Notes: a model not told the origin generated them from the sequence alone. Shown: positions 22,727 to 32,668, counted from the first letter of the stretch. The stretch: 64,000 nt of DNA from Minisyncoccia bacterium (GCA_046293175.1 JBKBPM010000001.1:171446-235445); one strand, 5' to 3'. Numbers and translations: made by a program.

Positions 22727-22958
22727 GAAAAATTATATTGTGTGGTAAATAGTGATATTTAATCACTATTTACCTATTACGAACTTCGTTCCCGATTTGC
22801 CGCTTCCTAGGGCGAATCGTTGGAACCCGAATATTCAGTTGCTACAGAATCAAGAAAAGTCTTGAATCGACGTTAGTAAGATTATGGCATAAAAATAAGC
22901 ACTTTACAAGTGTTGCCAACATCGCTCATGCGCACTCCCTCTGGTACAATAGCCCTAT

Positions 22959-23669
22959 ATGAAAAATCCATGGGTTGTTTTGGGCGTTCTATTTGTCCTT
23001 CTTATTGGTGGCGCAATGTGGTATTCGGCTGGGGCCAATGATACCTATAATGCTGGTGTTGAAGTAAAGGCTCATATCAAGGGTAATCCTGATGCGGCAG
23101 TGAAGCTGGTTGAGTACAGTGATTTTCAGTGTCCGGCTTGTGCGCAGTTTCATGGCGTCGTAAAGGAAATTGTTGATGAATATGGTGATCAACTCTCATT
23201 TGAATACCGTCATTTTCCACTGACGCAGATTCATCGTCTCGCTGAGCCGGCTGCTCGGGCGGCCGAAGCCGCTGGTCAGCAAGGCAAGTTCTTTGAATTT
23301 CACGATCTTCTCTTTGAGAACCAAGGGACTTGGTCAAACAGTACCAACCCTGCGCAGTTCTTCCTTCAATACGCGAACGAAGTAGGTCTCGATATTGATG
23401 AATTTACCCGTATGCAGCGTTCATCAATTCTCCGTAATCATGTCCGGTCACAGTTCACCGAAGCACGTACCGCAGGCTTTACGGGTACACCATCCTTCCT
23501 CCTTAATGGTGAACCGATGGAGTTTCAGACCTTTGATGAATTCCGTGCTCAGATTATCAATGCTATTGATCCATCAGTAGATATCACGGGCGGTATGGGT
23601 GCTCCTGCCGCAGCGGGTACAGTTGAGACGCAATCTGAGGCCGCTCCAGCCGTTCAGTTTGGGATTTAA
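22959..23669 (+). CDS. DsbA/thioredoxin-fold protein (BdbD-like)
   Basis: EYSDFQCPAC, YRHFPL, GTPSFLLNG; N-terminal TM. Confidence 0.92.
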   Translation: MKNPWVVLGVLFVLLIGGAMWYSAGANDTYNAGVEVKAHIKGNPDAAVKLVEYSDFQCPACAQFHGVVKEIVDEYGDQLSFEYRHFPLTQIHRLAEPAARAAEAAGQQGKFFEFHDLLFENQGTWSNSTNPAQFFLQYANEVGLDIDEFTRMQRSSILRNHVRSQFTEARTAGFTGTPSFLLNGEPMEFQTFDEFRAQIINAIDPSVDITGGMGAPAAAGTVETQSEAAPAVQFGI

Positions 23670-24406
23670 TCAATTATATGCCACGTCACACTGACTCGGT
23701 CAGTGTAACTTTTGAATCGCGCCCACTGCTGTCTGGTAGCTTCTCTCGTAAACAGATGTCCGTGTAGTGGCATTGAAATACTTTCGTTAGTCACAAAATA
23801 CAAACTGTCGCCATCTATTTCTGATTCAGTAAATTCGAGAGCTTCAAAATCTTTTGGAAGATAGGGTTTGTAACCGAGCGCAATTTTAAACAGAGCGAGT
23901 CCAATGCTTGAGTGTTTACCGTAGCCGTTTCGATCCTTACCGTGGCTGATGTATTTTTTTCTAAGGTCGGCTGCATGTTTCGTGATAAGGTAGTCCGCAT
24001 ATAACGATGGACCTGCTGGCAATTTACTGTATATCCATTGGTTAGTAAATATTTTGTATGCAATGTTTATTGACTCTTCGGTAATTGAGAAAATCAATCC
24101 ACCAAGCTGTTTGCCTTGTTCTGAAATAGTTAGTATATGATAGGTTTTTTGGTCAGTGTTCTTAGTAGTTTGCTCGATATCAAATATAACCGGACTATTT
24201 TTTTGTGAAATTGTATTTGTATATAGCGGAGTGAACCATTCAAGAAGTGCTGGAGTAAGAGCAGTTATGTTAGAGGTGATTCCGTCACGACTGCTGTGTG
24301 TTTCTGTTTTTAGAATTCTTTTTGCTGACGTCTGACCATACTGATCTGTGATACCGGTTGTTGGATCTTTCCTCCAGGTAACTTTGTTTGGACCGATATA
24401 TTTCAT
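23666..24406 (-). CDS. FemX/GNAT-like hypothetical protein, paralog 1 (AT-rich islet)
   Basis: WF..LY, YHILT..GKQLGG, HGKDRNGYG..IGLALFKIALG; clearly paralogous to the next gene. Confidence 0.65.
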   Translation of the reverse strand: MKYIGPNKVTWRKDPTTGITDQYGQTSAKRILKTETHSSRDGITSNITALTPALLEWFTPLYTNTISQKNSPVIFDIEQTTKNTDQKTYHILTISEQGKQLGGLIFSITEESINIAYKIFTNQWIYSKLPAGPSLYADYLITKHAADLRKKYISHGKDRNGYGKHSSIGLALFKIALGYKPYLPKDFEALEFTESEIDGDSLYFVTNESISMPLHGHLFTREATRQQWARFKSYTDRVSVTWHIID

Positions 24407-25152
24407 AGAGTTGGTGTATACAACGTTACTTGTAGTTGTTGAGGATACTTGAATACCTGTTCATATTTCTCTGCAGTACTAGTATCTCCAATCAAATACG
24501 CTTTTGTTATTCGTTCCCCACTTTCTGGATAGAGAAGTACCAATGAACCGAACGGTAGCATCTGTAAATCTGACTCACACAAACTGTGTGTGGTAACAAT
24601 ATCTGGGTAGCAACCGACTGCCAATTTAAAAATAGCTACTCCGATATGCGAATTGACCCCGTAAGGATTATGATCAACACCGTGAACCAGTATAGATAAG
24701 TCATTATCAAGTGCGTAGGCGGTAATAATGTATTCAGCATAAAGGGCGGGGGAGCATTTAGTTTGGTGCTGCAGCCATGATAATGGATAGGTGCGGTATG
24801 CAATTGATAAACGATCAGGACGCATGGTAAAAATCGTGCCACCAACCAGCTGTCCTTTTTCTCGTAGGGTAAGTATGAAGTAGGGATACTTTATTACTTC
24901 TTTCCCAAGTGTTGTTTTAAAAATATTGTGCGGCTTTGGATTATGTTTATCTTGTAGATTTTTTAGATACATTGCCTCAAACCATTGTATATCTTCATTT
25001 GTTGCGGGCGTGATAGTATGACTAATTTCCGCTGAGTCAATTTGATTTAAAAGGACGGTTATTTTTTTTGTATTATTTTTTCCAAAATCAGGAAGTATAT
25101 CTGGATGGATATATTTAATCCAGCGATGTTTATCGGCATGAGTGATTTTCAT
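24403..25152 (-). CDS. FemX/GNAT-like hypothetical protein, paralog 2
   Basis: WF..MY, YFILT..GQLVGG, HGVDHNPYG..IGVAIFKLAVG; start chosen by alignment to paralog (alternative 25170). Confidence 0.65.
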   Translation of the reverse strand: MKITHADKHRWIKYIHPDILPDFGKNNTKKITVLLNQIDSAEISHTITPATNEDIQWFEAMYLKNLQDKHNPKPHNIFKTTLGKEVIKYPYFILTLREKGQLVGGTIFTMRPDRLSIAYRTYPLSWLQHQTKCSPALYAEYIITAYALDNDLSILVHGVDHNPYGVNSHIGVAIFKLAVGCYPDIVTTHSLCESDLQMLPFGSLVLLYPESGERITKAYLIGDTSTAEKYEQVFKYPQQLQVTLYTPTL

Positions 25153-25262
25153 ACGGTAGATAACTTGCATATGTATAACATATGTGGTACTATTAAACAA
25201 ATATTGACGGCTCAAAATCAATCCGTCAAAACACTATTACTCCTATTTGTTGCAGATCTTAT

Positions 25263-26534
25263 ATGAAGAAAGCAAGACAAAAAAATATTATTGCTTTTGT
25301 GATGAGTCCGCATGAATCGTCGGTTACTAGTTTACGTGAGTATGAAAAGAAAAATAAAACTCAGTTTCGTTTGATGCTTATTTGGGATATTAATTATCCG
25401 TTGCCGCAAAATCTTGAACGATATGACGTAGTTGTGCAAATGGATTTTTCTAAGTCAATTCGGATAAGTGAAGCCCTTTTACCTTACCAAGATGAACTTC
25501 TTGCAATCACTTGTCGGAGTGAGGCTAATATTGCTCGATTTGCTAAAGTGATTCCTTTTGTTCCGTACTTACGTACTCCTACCACTGAATCACTCATCTG
25601 GGCAACGGATAAGTATGAAATGAGAAAGCGCTTTCGATTATTTGATCAAAAGATAACGCCAAAATTTACTCGAGTAAAAGATGTTTCAAAAAGTGAGCGA
25701 ACACGGGTAATTGCAAAAGTTGGTTTTCCGATGATTATTAAACCTACCAATTTGGCAGCGAGTTTATTTGTGTCTATTTGTTACCACGAGGATGAATTGG
25801 AAAAAGCACTCAAAACATGTTTCAAGAAGCTCGAAAAAGCCTATGCTCACGATAAGCGAATTGAACAACCAAAAGTAATTGCTGAGCAATACATGGAGGG
25901 AGATATGTATTCTATTGACTCGTATGTAAATAGTAGAGGTGCTGTATATCATTTACCCTTGGTGCGCGTAAAAACTGGCAAAGATATTGGTCACCAGGAC
26001 TTTTATGGCTATCTGCAGATGACCCCAACCATCCTTAAGGGTGAGACCGTGAAGCGGGCAGAAGCGGTAACTGAGACGGCCATTCATGCACTTGGTTTGC
26101 GAAGTACTACTGTGCATACTGAGTTGATGAAAATTGATAATGTGTGGAAAGTAATTGAAGTTGGTCCTCGGATGGGTGGGGCACGAGACAAGCTGTATCA
26201 TCTCAGTTGTGGTATTGATCATCCACTGAATGACGTATTTATTCGTATTCCGAAGAAACCAAAAATTCCGAAAAGATGTGTTGGCAATGCTGCATTTATG
26301 AAATGGTTTCTTCCTAAAGAGGGGATTATTACGGAAATGAAGGGTATTAAAAAAATTGAGCAATTAGAGTCATTCTACAAAATCGAAGTTAACAAAAAAA
26401 TTGGCGATAAGGCTACTTTTGCTCGACATGGAGGGCGGTCTATTTTTAATCTCTACATGCATAATGCCGATCGTGGAAAGTTGCTTGCTGACATTAGACG
26501 AGTTGAACAGATGGTTAAAATTAAAGTGAAATAA
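25263..26534 (+). CDS. ATP-grasp enzyme, L-amino-acid-ligase-like
   Basis: TDKYEMR, FPMIIKP, EQYMEG..YSID, HTEL..IEVGPRMGG, C-terminal EGIITEMKG..KIGD. Confidence 0.85.
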   Translation: MKKARQKNIIAFVMSPHESSVTSLREYEKKNKTQFRLMLIWDINYPLPQNLERYDVVVQMDFSKSIRISEALLPYQDELLAITCRSEANIARFAKVIPFVPYLRTPTTESLIWATDKYEMRKRFRLFDQKITPKFTRVKDVSKSERTRVIAKVGFPMIIKPTNLAASLFVSICYHEDELEKALKTCFKKLEKAYAHDKRIEQPKVIAEQYMEGDMYSIDSYVNSRGAVYHLPLVRVKTGKDIGHQDFYGYLQMTPTILKGETVKRAEAVTETAIHALGLRSTTVHTELMKIDNVWKVIEVGPRMGGARDKLYHLSCGIDHPLNDVFIRIPKKPKIPKRCVGNAAFMKWFLPKEGIITEMKGIKKIEQLESFYKIEVNKKIGDKATFARHGGRSIFNLYMHNADRGKLLADIRRVEQMVKIKVK

Positions 26535-26539
26535 ATGGG

Positions 26540-26568
26540 GACGGGGCAGGCATGCCCCGTCTTTGTTT
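26540..26568 (+). terminator. Intrinsic terminator
   Basis: gacggggca-ggca-tgccccgtc followed by tttgttt. Confidence 0.65.
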
Positions 26569-26584
26569 GTTATGATAGTGCTGT

Positions 26585-27346
26585 ATGGTACGAACCCGGG
26601 ATTTTGTTCTGTTCCTCCTTACGGTGGCGATTTTGTTGTTGGCGATTATGGGTACGTCGGTCTGGCACAGCTGGCGGACGCTACCATTTATGGCGGGGTT
26701 TTTAGCTGACAGTGGTACCGAGGTAGACTACACCGCCAATGTTCCAGCTCCCGAAGATAATCGGGAGGGTCGTCTTCTGACATTGCGGGCCAAAGTAATT
26801 GAGCGTCTGGGGTCAAACACGGTGGCGAAAAGTGAACCAGAGCCAGAACCGGCAGCCCCAGTTACTGTACCGACCACCACAACCCCAGTTGCAGTAGCTA
26901 CTGTAAAAACTTGTGCTGGGTATCGTACCTTGAACATCCCATGGACACCACAACAGATAATTGCTGAGAACCGCGAAGGCGCCCGGGTCTACTTTGAGCG
27001 TGGATTGCCAGATCCACTGGCGTCTACTACGCCAGAAAATATCCGAGCAGTGATATCACTTCGTAGTTGGCCTGCGGGTAGTTCGACTTGTATCCCAACC
27101 GATGTCATTGGTATTGCTACTGATGGTTCACTTATCCGCAATAATGAACTGGCGCTCTACACTGTCTTTGGCGGAGAAAGTCTGGTCGGATACTCACTTG
27201 ATGGTTTTCCGATTTATGGACCGAGTACTGTCGCCACTGACGCTTGTGGTGGTGCAATCGTTGGCGGACAATATCGATATATCCTTGATGCTGAAAGACC
27301 AGGACTGATTACTTGTTTTGCCGCTGCACCAGCAACCATAAACTAA
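26585..27346 (+). CDS. Membrane-anchored protein with degenerate YHYH-like domain
   Basis: IGIATDG, LVGYSLDGFPIYG, DACGG..YRY. Confidence 0.7.
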   Translation: MVRTRDFVLFLLTVAILLLAIMGTSVWHSWRTLPFMAGFLADSGTEVDYTANVPAPEDNREGRLLTLRAKVIERLGSNTVAKSEPEPEPAAPVTVPTTTTPVAVATVKTCAGYRTLNIPWTPQQIIAENREGARVYFERGLPDPLASTTPENIRAVISLRSWPAGSSTCIPTDVIGIATDGSLIRNNELALYTVFGGESLVGYSLDGFPIYGPSTVATDACGGAIVGGQYRYILDAERPGLITCFAAAPATIN

Positions 27347-27348
27347 TT

Positions 27349-28092
27349 ATGAGTACCCTCATTATCGATATCGAAACAGTGGGGGAAGAGTGGGGGAGTA
27401 TTGATGAGGTGACCCAAGCGACCCTCACCAGATGGATTTTAAAAACAAGCACTGATACTGCCGAATACGAAGCGAAGCTCGATGATATCAAACGTGGCCT
27501 TGGGTTTTCACCGTTCACCGGCTCTATCGTTGCGCTTGGTGTCTATGATCTCGATCGTAAAGAGGGTACCGTCTACTATCAAAGTGGTGGTGATAGCCAG
27601 GATGAACGAATTGGTTCGTTTTATTATCGTCCACGCACCGAAAAAATGATGCTCGAAGAGTTTTGGGAAGGAGTGCAACTTTACGAGACAATAGTAACGT
27701 TTAATGGTCGTTCCTTTGATCTACCATTTCTCCTCCATCGGAGTGTCGCACAAGCGCTGTTACCAACGGTTGATCTGATGCGATACCGGTACCTCACGCA
27801 ACAGGTGCCACCGTATCATGTTGACTTAGCTGATCAGCTGACATTTTATGGGGCAATAGCCAAACGACCGAGTCTCCACCTGTGCTGTCGGGCGTATGGT
27901 ATAGAGAGTCCAAAGTCTCATGGAGTGGTGGGGGATGATGTGACAGAGTTGTATCGCCAGAAACGTTTCAAGGAGATTGCTGCCTATAATAGCCACGACC
28001 TGCTCGCGACTGCGCTCCTGTACGAAAAATGGCGCACGTACCTCGCACCGCCACTGTTTCGAAAGTCGCCTCCGGATATAGATTTGCTATAA
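27349..28092 (+). CDS. Predicted 3'-5' exonuclease (PolB-exo / RNase H-like)
   Basis: IDIET, VTFNGRSFDLPFL, HVDL, YNSHD; start ATG 27349. Confidence 0.88.
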   Translation: MSTLIIDIETVGEEWGSIDEVTQATLTRWILKTSTDTAEYEAKLDDIKRGLGFSPFTGSIVALGVYDLDRKEGTVYYQSGGDSQDERIGSFYYRPRTEKMMLEEFWEGVQLYETIVTFNGRSFDLPFLLHRSVAQALLPTVDLMRYRYLTQQVPPYHVDLADQLTFYGAIAKRPSLHLCCRAYGIESPKSHGVVGDDVTELYRQKRFKEIAAYNSHDLLATALLYEKWRTYLAPPLFRKSPPDIDLL

Positions 28093-28102
28093 TTTTGAGG
28101 TT

Positions 28103-28231
28103 ATGAAAACTTTTCCAAATGGGTTTTATTGGGGTGAGAAAAGCGTTGGACGCTTTTCGCAAGATCTTGCCAGATATTTCTGGAGTAGAGCGAACATAAA
28201 TATCGACAAGGTGTACAGTCACTGTAAGTGA
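28103..28231 (+). other. Short ORF / remnant whose first 11 codons duplicate the GH1 N-terminus
   Basis: MKTFPNGFYWG-EKSVGR... versus GH1 MKKTFPEGFYWG. Confidence 0.6.
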
Positions 28232-28251
28232 CAGCCATATTCATTTTCATT

Positions 28252-29478
28252 ATGAAAAAAACATTTCCGGAGGGATTTTATTGGGGAGCAGCATCAGCCT
28301 CCTACCAAGTCGAAGGTGGTATCGAAAATACCGACTGGGCCAAAGCTGCTCGCGAGGGCAGGGTGCCGGTTTGTGGTATTGCCTGCGATCATTACAATCG
28401 ATATGAGAGTGATTTTGATTTAGCCAAAGAACTCGGACATAATGCACATCGCTTTTCTATTGAATGGGCACGGATTGAACCGGAAGCAGGGAAGTTCAAT
28501 CACGAAGCAATTGCGCACTACCGCGATGTATTAAAGGCACTCCATGCCCGTAAAATCACACCGTTTGTTACACTTTGGCATTTCACCTTACCGCTGTGGT
28601 TTTCCGAGAGTGGTGGTTTTGAGCGCAAGGATGCGCCCGAAATCTTCGCTCGGTACTGTAGCTTTGTCGTTAAAGAGCTTGGAGATCTCTGTAATCACTT
28701 TTCAACAATTAACGAACCAAGTGTGTATGGGAGTAATGGCTGGTTGCGTGGCTCATGGCCGCCATTTAAGCGGTTTGCCCTCACTGATCTTGTTGCTATT
28801 ACGAACTCTGGTCGGCAGCACGAAGCGCGGGCAGATAAAGGTATCAAATACTTTTTCCTCTGGCGGTGGGTGATGAAGAATCTCGCGCTCTGTCACAACG
28901 CGGCGTACCGAGCTATTAAACGAGTAAAACCTGATGCTGAGGTTAACTTCGTTCATCATGTCATCGTATTTGAAGCTAATTGGAATCCGTTTAATAAGTT
29001 GAAAGCCTGGGTTGCCAATTATTCATGGACGCATGTTTTTATGAAGCGGACAGCAGGGCACTACGATACCATTGGTCTCAATTATTACTTCTATACCAAG
29101 TTTGGTGACAAACGAGAGTGGAAGAAGACTGATATGAACTGGAACTTTGCGCCCGAAAAAATCTATGAGGCGTATATGATGCTCAAGCGGTACAAAAAAC
29201 CAGTGATTCTTTGTGAAGCAGGGCTCGCTGATCATGATGATAGTGATCGTGTTGAATACATTACCAAACAAATTGATGCTACCTGGCGCGCACTGCAGTC
29301 GGGGGTTCTGGTTCGTGGTCATATCTACTGGTCACTCTTTGATAACTACGAATGGGCGCTGGGGTTCGAAAAACGATTTGGGCTCATTGCAATCGATTAC
29401 GAGACTCTCGAGCGGACTCCACGACCATCTGCTTACGTGTATAAGAAAATTATCGAAGACAATGGTCTGGTAGAATAA
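28252..29478 (+). CDS. Glycoside hydrolase family 1 (beta-glucosidase-like)
   Basis: FYWGAASASYQVEG, RFSIEWARIEP, TINEP acid/base, LCEAG nucleophile region, WSLFDNYEW. Confidence 0.95.
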   Translation: MKKTFPEGFYWGAASASYQVEGGIENTDWAKAAREGRVPVCGIACDHYNRYESDFDLAKELGHNAHRFSIEWARIEPEAGKFNHEAIAHYRDVLKALHARKITPFVTLWHFTLPLWFSESGGFERKDAPEIFARYCSFVVKELGDLCNHFSTINEPSVYGSNGWLRGSWPPFKRFALTDLVAITNSGRQHEARADKGIKYFFLWRWVMKNLALCHNAAYRAIKRVKPDAEVNFVHHVIVFEANWNPFNKLKAWVANYSWTHVFMKRTAGHYDTIGLNYYFYTKFGDKREWKKTDMNWNFAPEKIYEAYMMLKRYKKPVILCEAGLADHDDSDRVEYITKQIDATWRALQSGVLVRGHIYWSLFDNYEWALGFEKRFGLIAIDYETLERTPRPSAYVYKKIIEDNGLVE

Positions 29479-29485
29479 TGGCATA

Positions 29486-30418
29486 ATGGCGTGGATATTA
29501 CTCGCAACCCTCGGACAGTTCATTAGTGCGATTGTTGCGATTCTTGATAAGTACATAGTATCTGACGCAACCGCAATGCCGAAGCCGTTTTTGTATGCTT
29601 TTTATTCCTGTATTCTCACAGGTGGATGGGCGGTTATCTTTGCATTGGGGTATGTACCAGGCCTCCAGGAGCTAGGCTTTCCACATCTATCGAACTTGCA
29701 AATGCCATCATTGACTGTAGTTGCACTCGCTTTTTTGGCTGCGTATACCTTCTTTATGGCGCTCGTATCGATGTATTCGGCACTTCGTGAATCTGAGGCG
29801 GTTAATGTGTTGCCGGTTATTGGAGCGATATCTGCTCTTGCCTCATTTGGTTTCAGTTGGCTGTTCCTAGACTCAAGTTTTTCACTTAATCTGTTGTGGG
29901 GAGTGCTCGTACTTGCACTTGGAACCATGATGGTTGCTCAAGGTCTCCCGCACTGGGATGCGACGCTCCATGTGTTTCATAGTGGACTCTTTTTTGCTTT
30001 GCACTATGTCACTATGAAAGGGCTCTTTCAGGAAACGAGTTTTGATGATGGATTCTTTTGGTCACGGCTCGCTTTTGTACTCTTTGCATTATCCTGGCTC
30101 TTGGTCCCAATGAACCTCCGCAAGCTCAAAGAGCAAGCCAAGGTCACGACGAGGCGTACAAGTGTACTGGTTGTGTTTACCAAGATACTCGCGGGTATTT
30201 CTGCCTTTTTAATTCTCAAAGCGACTGATATGGGTGATGTGGCCGTGGTGCAGGCTCTTGATGGAGTAAAGTTTGTGTTTATTCTCCTCATCACAATCTT
30301 CTTTGCGTCTTGGCTCCCTGATAGCGCTGCTGTCCACGAACCTCGTCCCCGTGAGGTAATACGCCGAGTACTGTACGTGACCCTTATTATGGTCGGTTAC
30401 TTCATTTTGTTCTTATGA
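29486..30418 (+). CDS. EamA/DMT-like membrane transporter
   Basis: About 10 TMs with internal repeat; ILDKY; VAVVQAL.GVKFVFI. Confidence 0.75.
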   Translation: MAWILLATLGQFISAIVAILDKYIVSDATAMPKPFLYAFYSCILTGGWAVIFALGYVPGLQELGFPHLSNLQMPSLTVVALAFLAAYTFFMALVSMYSALRESEAVNVLPVIGAISALASFGFSWLFLDSSFSLNLLWGVLVLALGTMMVAQGLPHWDATLHVFHSGLFFALHYVTMKGLFQETSFDDGFFWSRLAFVLFALSWLLVPMNLRKLKEQAKVTTRRTSVLVVFTKILAGISAFLILKATDMGDVAVVQALDGVKFVFILLITIFFASWLPDSAAVHEPRPREVIRRVLYVTLIMVGYFILFL

Positions 30419-31458
30419 TGAAACAACCTCTACTCAAAAAAGTCTCCCTCTGGTTTCTTAGCATCTTTGGCGTTGCTTGTTTCATTATTTTGGCGTTGGC
30501 CTACAAACCAGTTCCGGAACAAATTGCGTATGGTATGTCCTTTAATACACCATACGCACGTGAGCTTGGGCTCGATTGGCAAGAGACCTATGACGCCATC
30601 ATCGATGATCTTGGAGTACGGCGACTACGGCTCGCTGCGCACTGGCCAATGGTTGAGCCACAAAATGATGTCTGGAACTTCAAAGAGCTTGATTATCAAG
30701 TCAAAAAAGCCGAAGCGGTCGGAGCGACAATTGTTTTTGCTGTAGGTCGACGTTTACCTCGTTGGCCAGAGTGCCATGTGCCGGATTGGGTAGATGTGCT
30801 TGATGTCGAGACTCAACAGGCCGAACAGTTGACCTACATGACTGCGGTGATTGATCGTTACAAAGATAGTCCAGCGATTATCTATTGGCAGATTGAGAAT
30901 GAACCGTTTTTGTCACTTTTTGCTTTTGAACATTGTGGTCCACTTGATGAAGAGTTTTTGGCAAAGGAGATCGCCTTGGCTCGCGAACTTGATCCGACAC
31001 GGCCGATTCTCGTCACCGATAGTGGAAACCTTGGTACCTGGGCTGGCGCCTTCCGACATGGTGACGCTTTTGGTACGAGTGTCTACGTACACTTTTGGAA
31101 TCCTGAGCTGGGACAATTCCGCACCCTCTTGCCACCGTGGTTTTATCGTTTCAAAGAAAGTCTCATGGAGCTACGCTATGGTAAAAAGCCAACCCTCCTC
31201 ATTGAACTTTCAGCTGAGCCGTGGCTTGTGGCACCCGTAACCGAAGTGCCGTTAGCGGTGCAGTACACCCGGATGAACCTCGACAAATTTAATGATATTC
31301 TTGAGTATGCAAAGCGTACACGGTATGACACCCAGTACCTCTGGGGTGCAGAGTGGTGGTACTGGCTATATAAACAGGGAGAGCATGCGATGTGGAATCG
31401 TGGGAAAGAACTTTTTCACGAACCAGATGTTGAATCAAAAGACACCGATTCGTTATAA
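30415..31458 (+). CDS. Membrane-anchored clan GH-A glycoside hydrolase (GH5/GH42-like)
   Basis: N-terminal TM; RLAAHWPMVEP, WQIENEPF, IELSAEPW, LWGAEWW. Confidence 0.8.
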   Translation: MMKQPLLKKVSLWFLSIFGVACFIILALAYKPVPEQIAYGMSFNTPYARELGLDWQETYDAIIDDLGVRRLRLAAHWPMVEPQNDVWNFKELDYQVKKAEAVGATIVFAVGRRLPRWPECHVPDWVDVLDVETQQAEQLTYMTAVIDRYKDSPAIIYWQIENEPFLSLFAFEHCGPLDEEFLAKEIALARELDPTRPILVTDSGNLGTWAGAFRHGDAFGTSVYVHFWNPELGQFRTLLPPWFYRFKESLMELRYGKKPTLLIELSAEPWLVAPVTEVPLAVQYTRMNLDKFNDILEYAKRTRYDTQYLWGAEWWYWLYKQGEHAMWNRGKELFHEPDVESKDTDSL

Positions 31459-31467
31459 TATTTGGGT

Positions 31468-32664
31468 ATGTATAATGCCAAACAAATTGTGATTTCAAGC
31501 ACAATAAGTGTCATTATTGTGCTTAGTATTTTGTATGTTTTTCGGTACCAACTTGCTGCTACTCTCGTAGTCTTGCCAGCGGTAAGTAATGACGTGGTTA
31601 CGAGCGATACATCTCCTGTTGCAGTTTCAATTCCTGAAATAATTGACCAAGTTGATGGTGCGGTTGTGTCAGTAGTTGCTACTAAAGACGTTCCCGTCTA
31701 TGAGCGTTATCTTGAGGAATATAATCCGTTTGGTGATTGGTTTGGAGGTTTTTCGATTCCGCGTATTCGAGAAAATGGAACTGAGTCACGTGAAGTTGGT
31801 GGTGGTACGGGTTTTATAGTTTCAGATGAAGGTCTGATTGTTACTAATCGACATGTCGTAGTAGATGAAGAAGCCTCCTATTCTGTCGTATTGGCAGATG
31901 GAAGTATTCATGGAGTACGGGTAAAAGCAAAAGACCCTGTCTTTGACATAGCACTACTCCAGTTTGAACAGTTGCCAAAGAACCCATTTCCACATCTTTC
32001 ATTTGGTGATTCTGATGCTGTTCGACGTGGTGATACCGTTATTGCGATTGGTAATGCCTTAGCAGAATTTGATAACTCCGTATCTGTCGGCATAATTTCT
32101 GGTATTGGGCGATCTATTACCGCCCGTGACGGTATGGGTATGACCGAACAACTTTCGAATGTTTTTCAAACTGATGCGGCGATTAACCCAGGAAACTCTG
32201 GTGGACCACTACTAAATAATCGAGGTGAGGTTATCGGAGTTAATGTTGCAGCGTCACTAGGTGCTGAAAATATTGGTTTTGCAATTCCATCGGACACCGT
32301 TAAACAAATTGTTGATTCAGTTACTACCTATGGCGAAATAAGACGACCATTCCTCGGTGTGCGTTATACAATGATAACTGAGCGTATGGCAAAGAAGAAC
32401 AACTTAGACATCACATACGGAGCCCTCGTGGCTCGGGGGGAGACAATGGAAGATTTAGCGGTGATGCCTGGATCTCCTGCAGATAAAGCTGGATTAAAAG
32501 AAAATGATATAATTACAGCGATTGATGATGTAACACTTAAGGATACTGATTTGGCCACCGTGTTGCGATCAAAAGCAGCTGACGCCACTATTGTTCTTAC
32601 TATCTTACGCCAAGGTAAAGAAGAAAAAATATCCGTCACATTAGAATCTGCACCACAAGAATAA
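31468..32664 (+). CDS. HtrA/DegP-family serine protease with PDZ
   Basis: GTGFIV, TNRHVV, DIAL, QTDAAINPGNSGGPL, PDZ. Confidence 0.95.
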   Translation: MYNAKQIVISSTISVIIVLSILYVFRYQLAATLVVLPAVSNDVVTSDTSPVAVSIPEIIDQVDGAVVSVVATKDVPVYERYLEEYNPFGDWFGGFSIPRIRENGTESREVGGGTGFIVSDEGLIVTNRHVVVDEEASYSVVLADGSIHGVRVKAKDPVFDIALLQFEQLPKNPFPHLSFGDSDAVRRGDTVIAIGNALAEFDNSVSVGIISGIGRSITARDGMGMTEQLSNVFQTDAAINPGNSGGPLLNNRGEVIGVNVAASLGAENIGFAIPSDTVKQIVDSVTTYGEIRRPFLGVRYTMITERMAKKNNLDITYGALVARGETMEDLAVMPGSPADKAGLKENDIITAIDDVTLKDTDLATVLRSKAADATIVLTILRQGKEEKISVTLESAPQE

Positions 32665-32668
32665 GTAC

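Noticed and set aside
22744-22836. Further member of the hairpin family upstream of the methyltransferase
   Set aside because: Two hairpins are present (ggtaaatagtgat/atcactatttacc and gttcccgatttgcc/ggcgaatcgttggaac), but the conserved inner TCA..GTAC/GTAC..CCTC loop is missing, so membership is unsupported.
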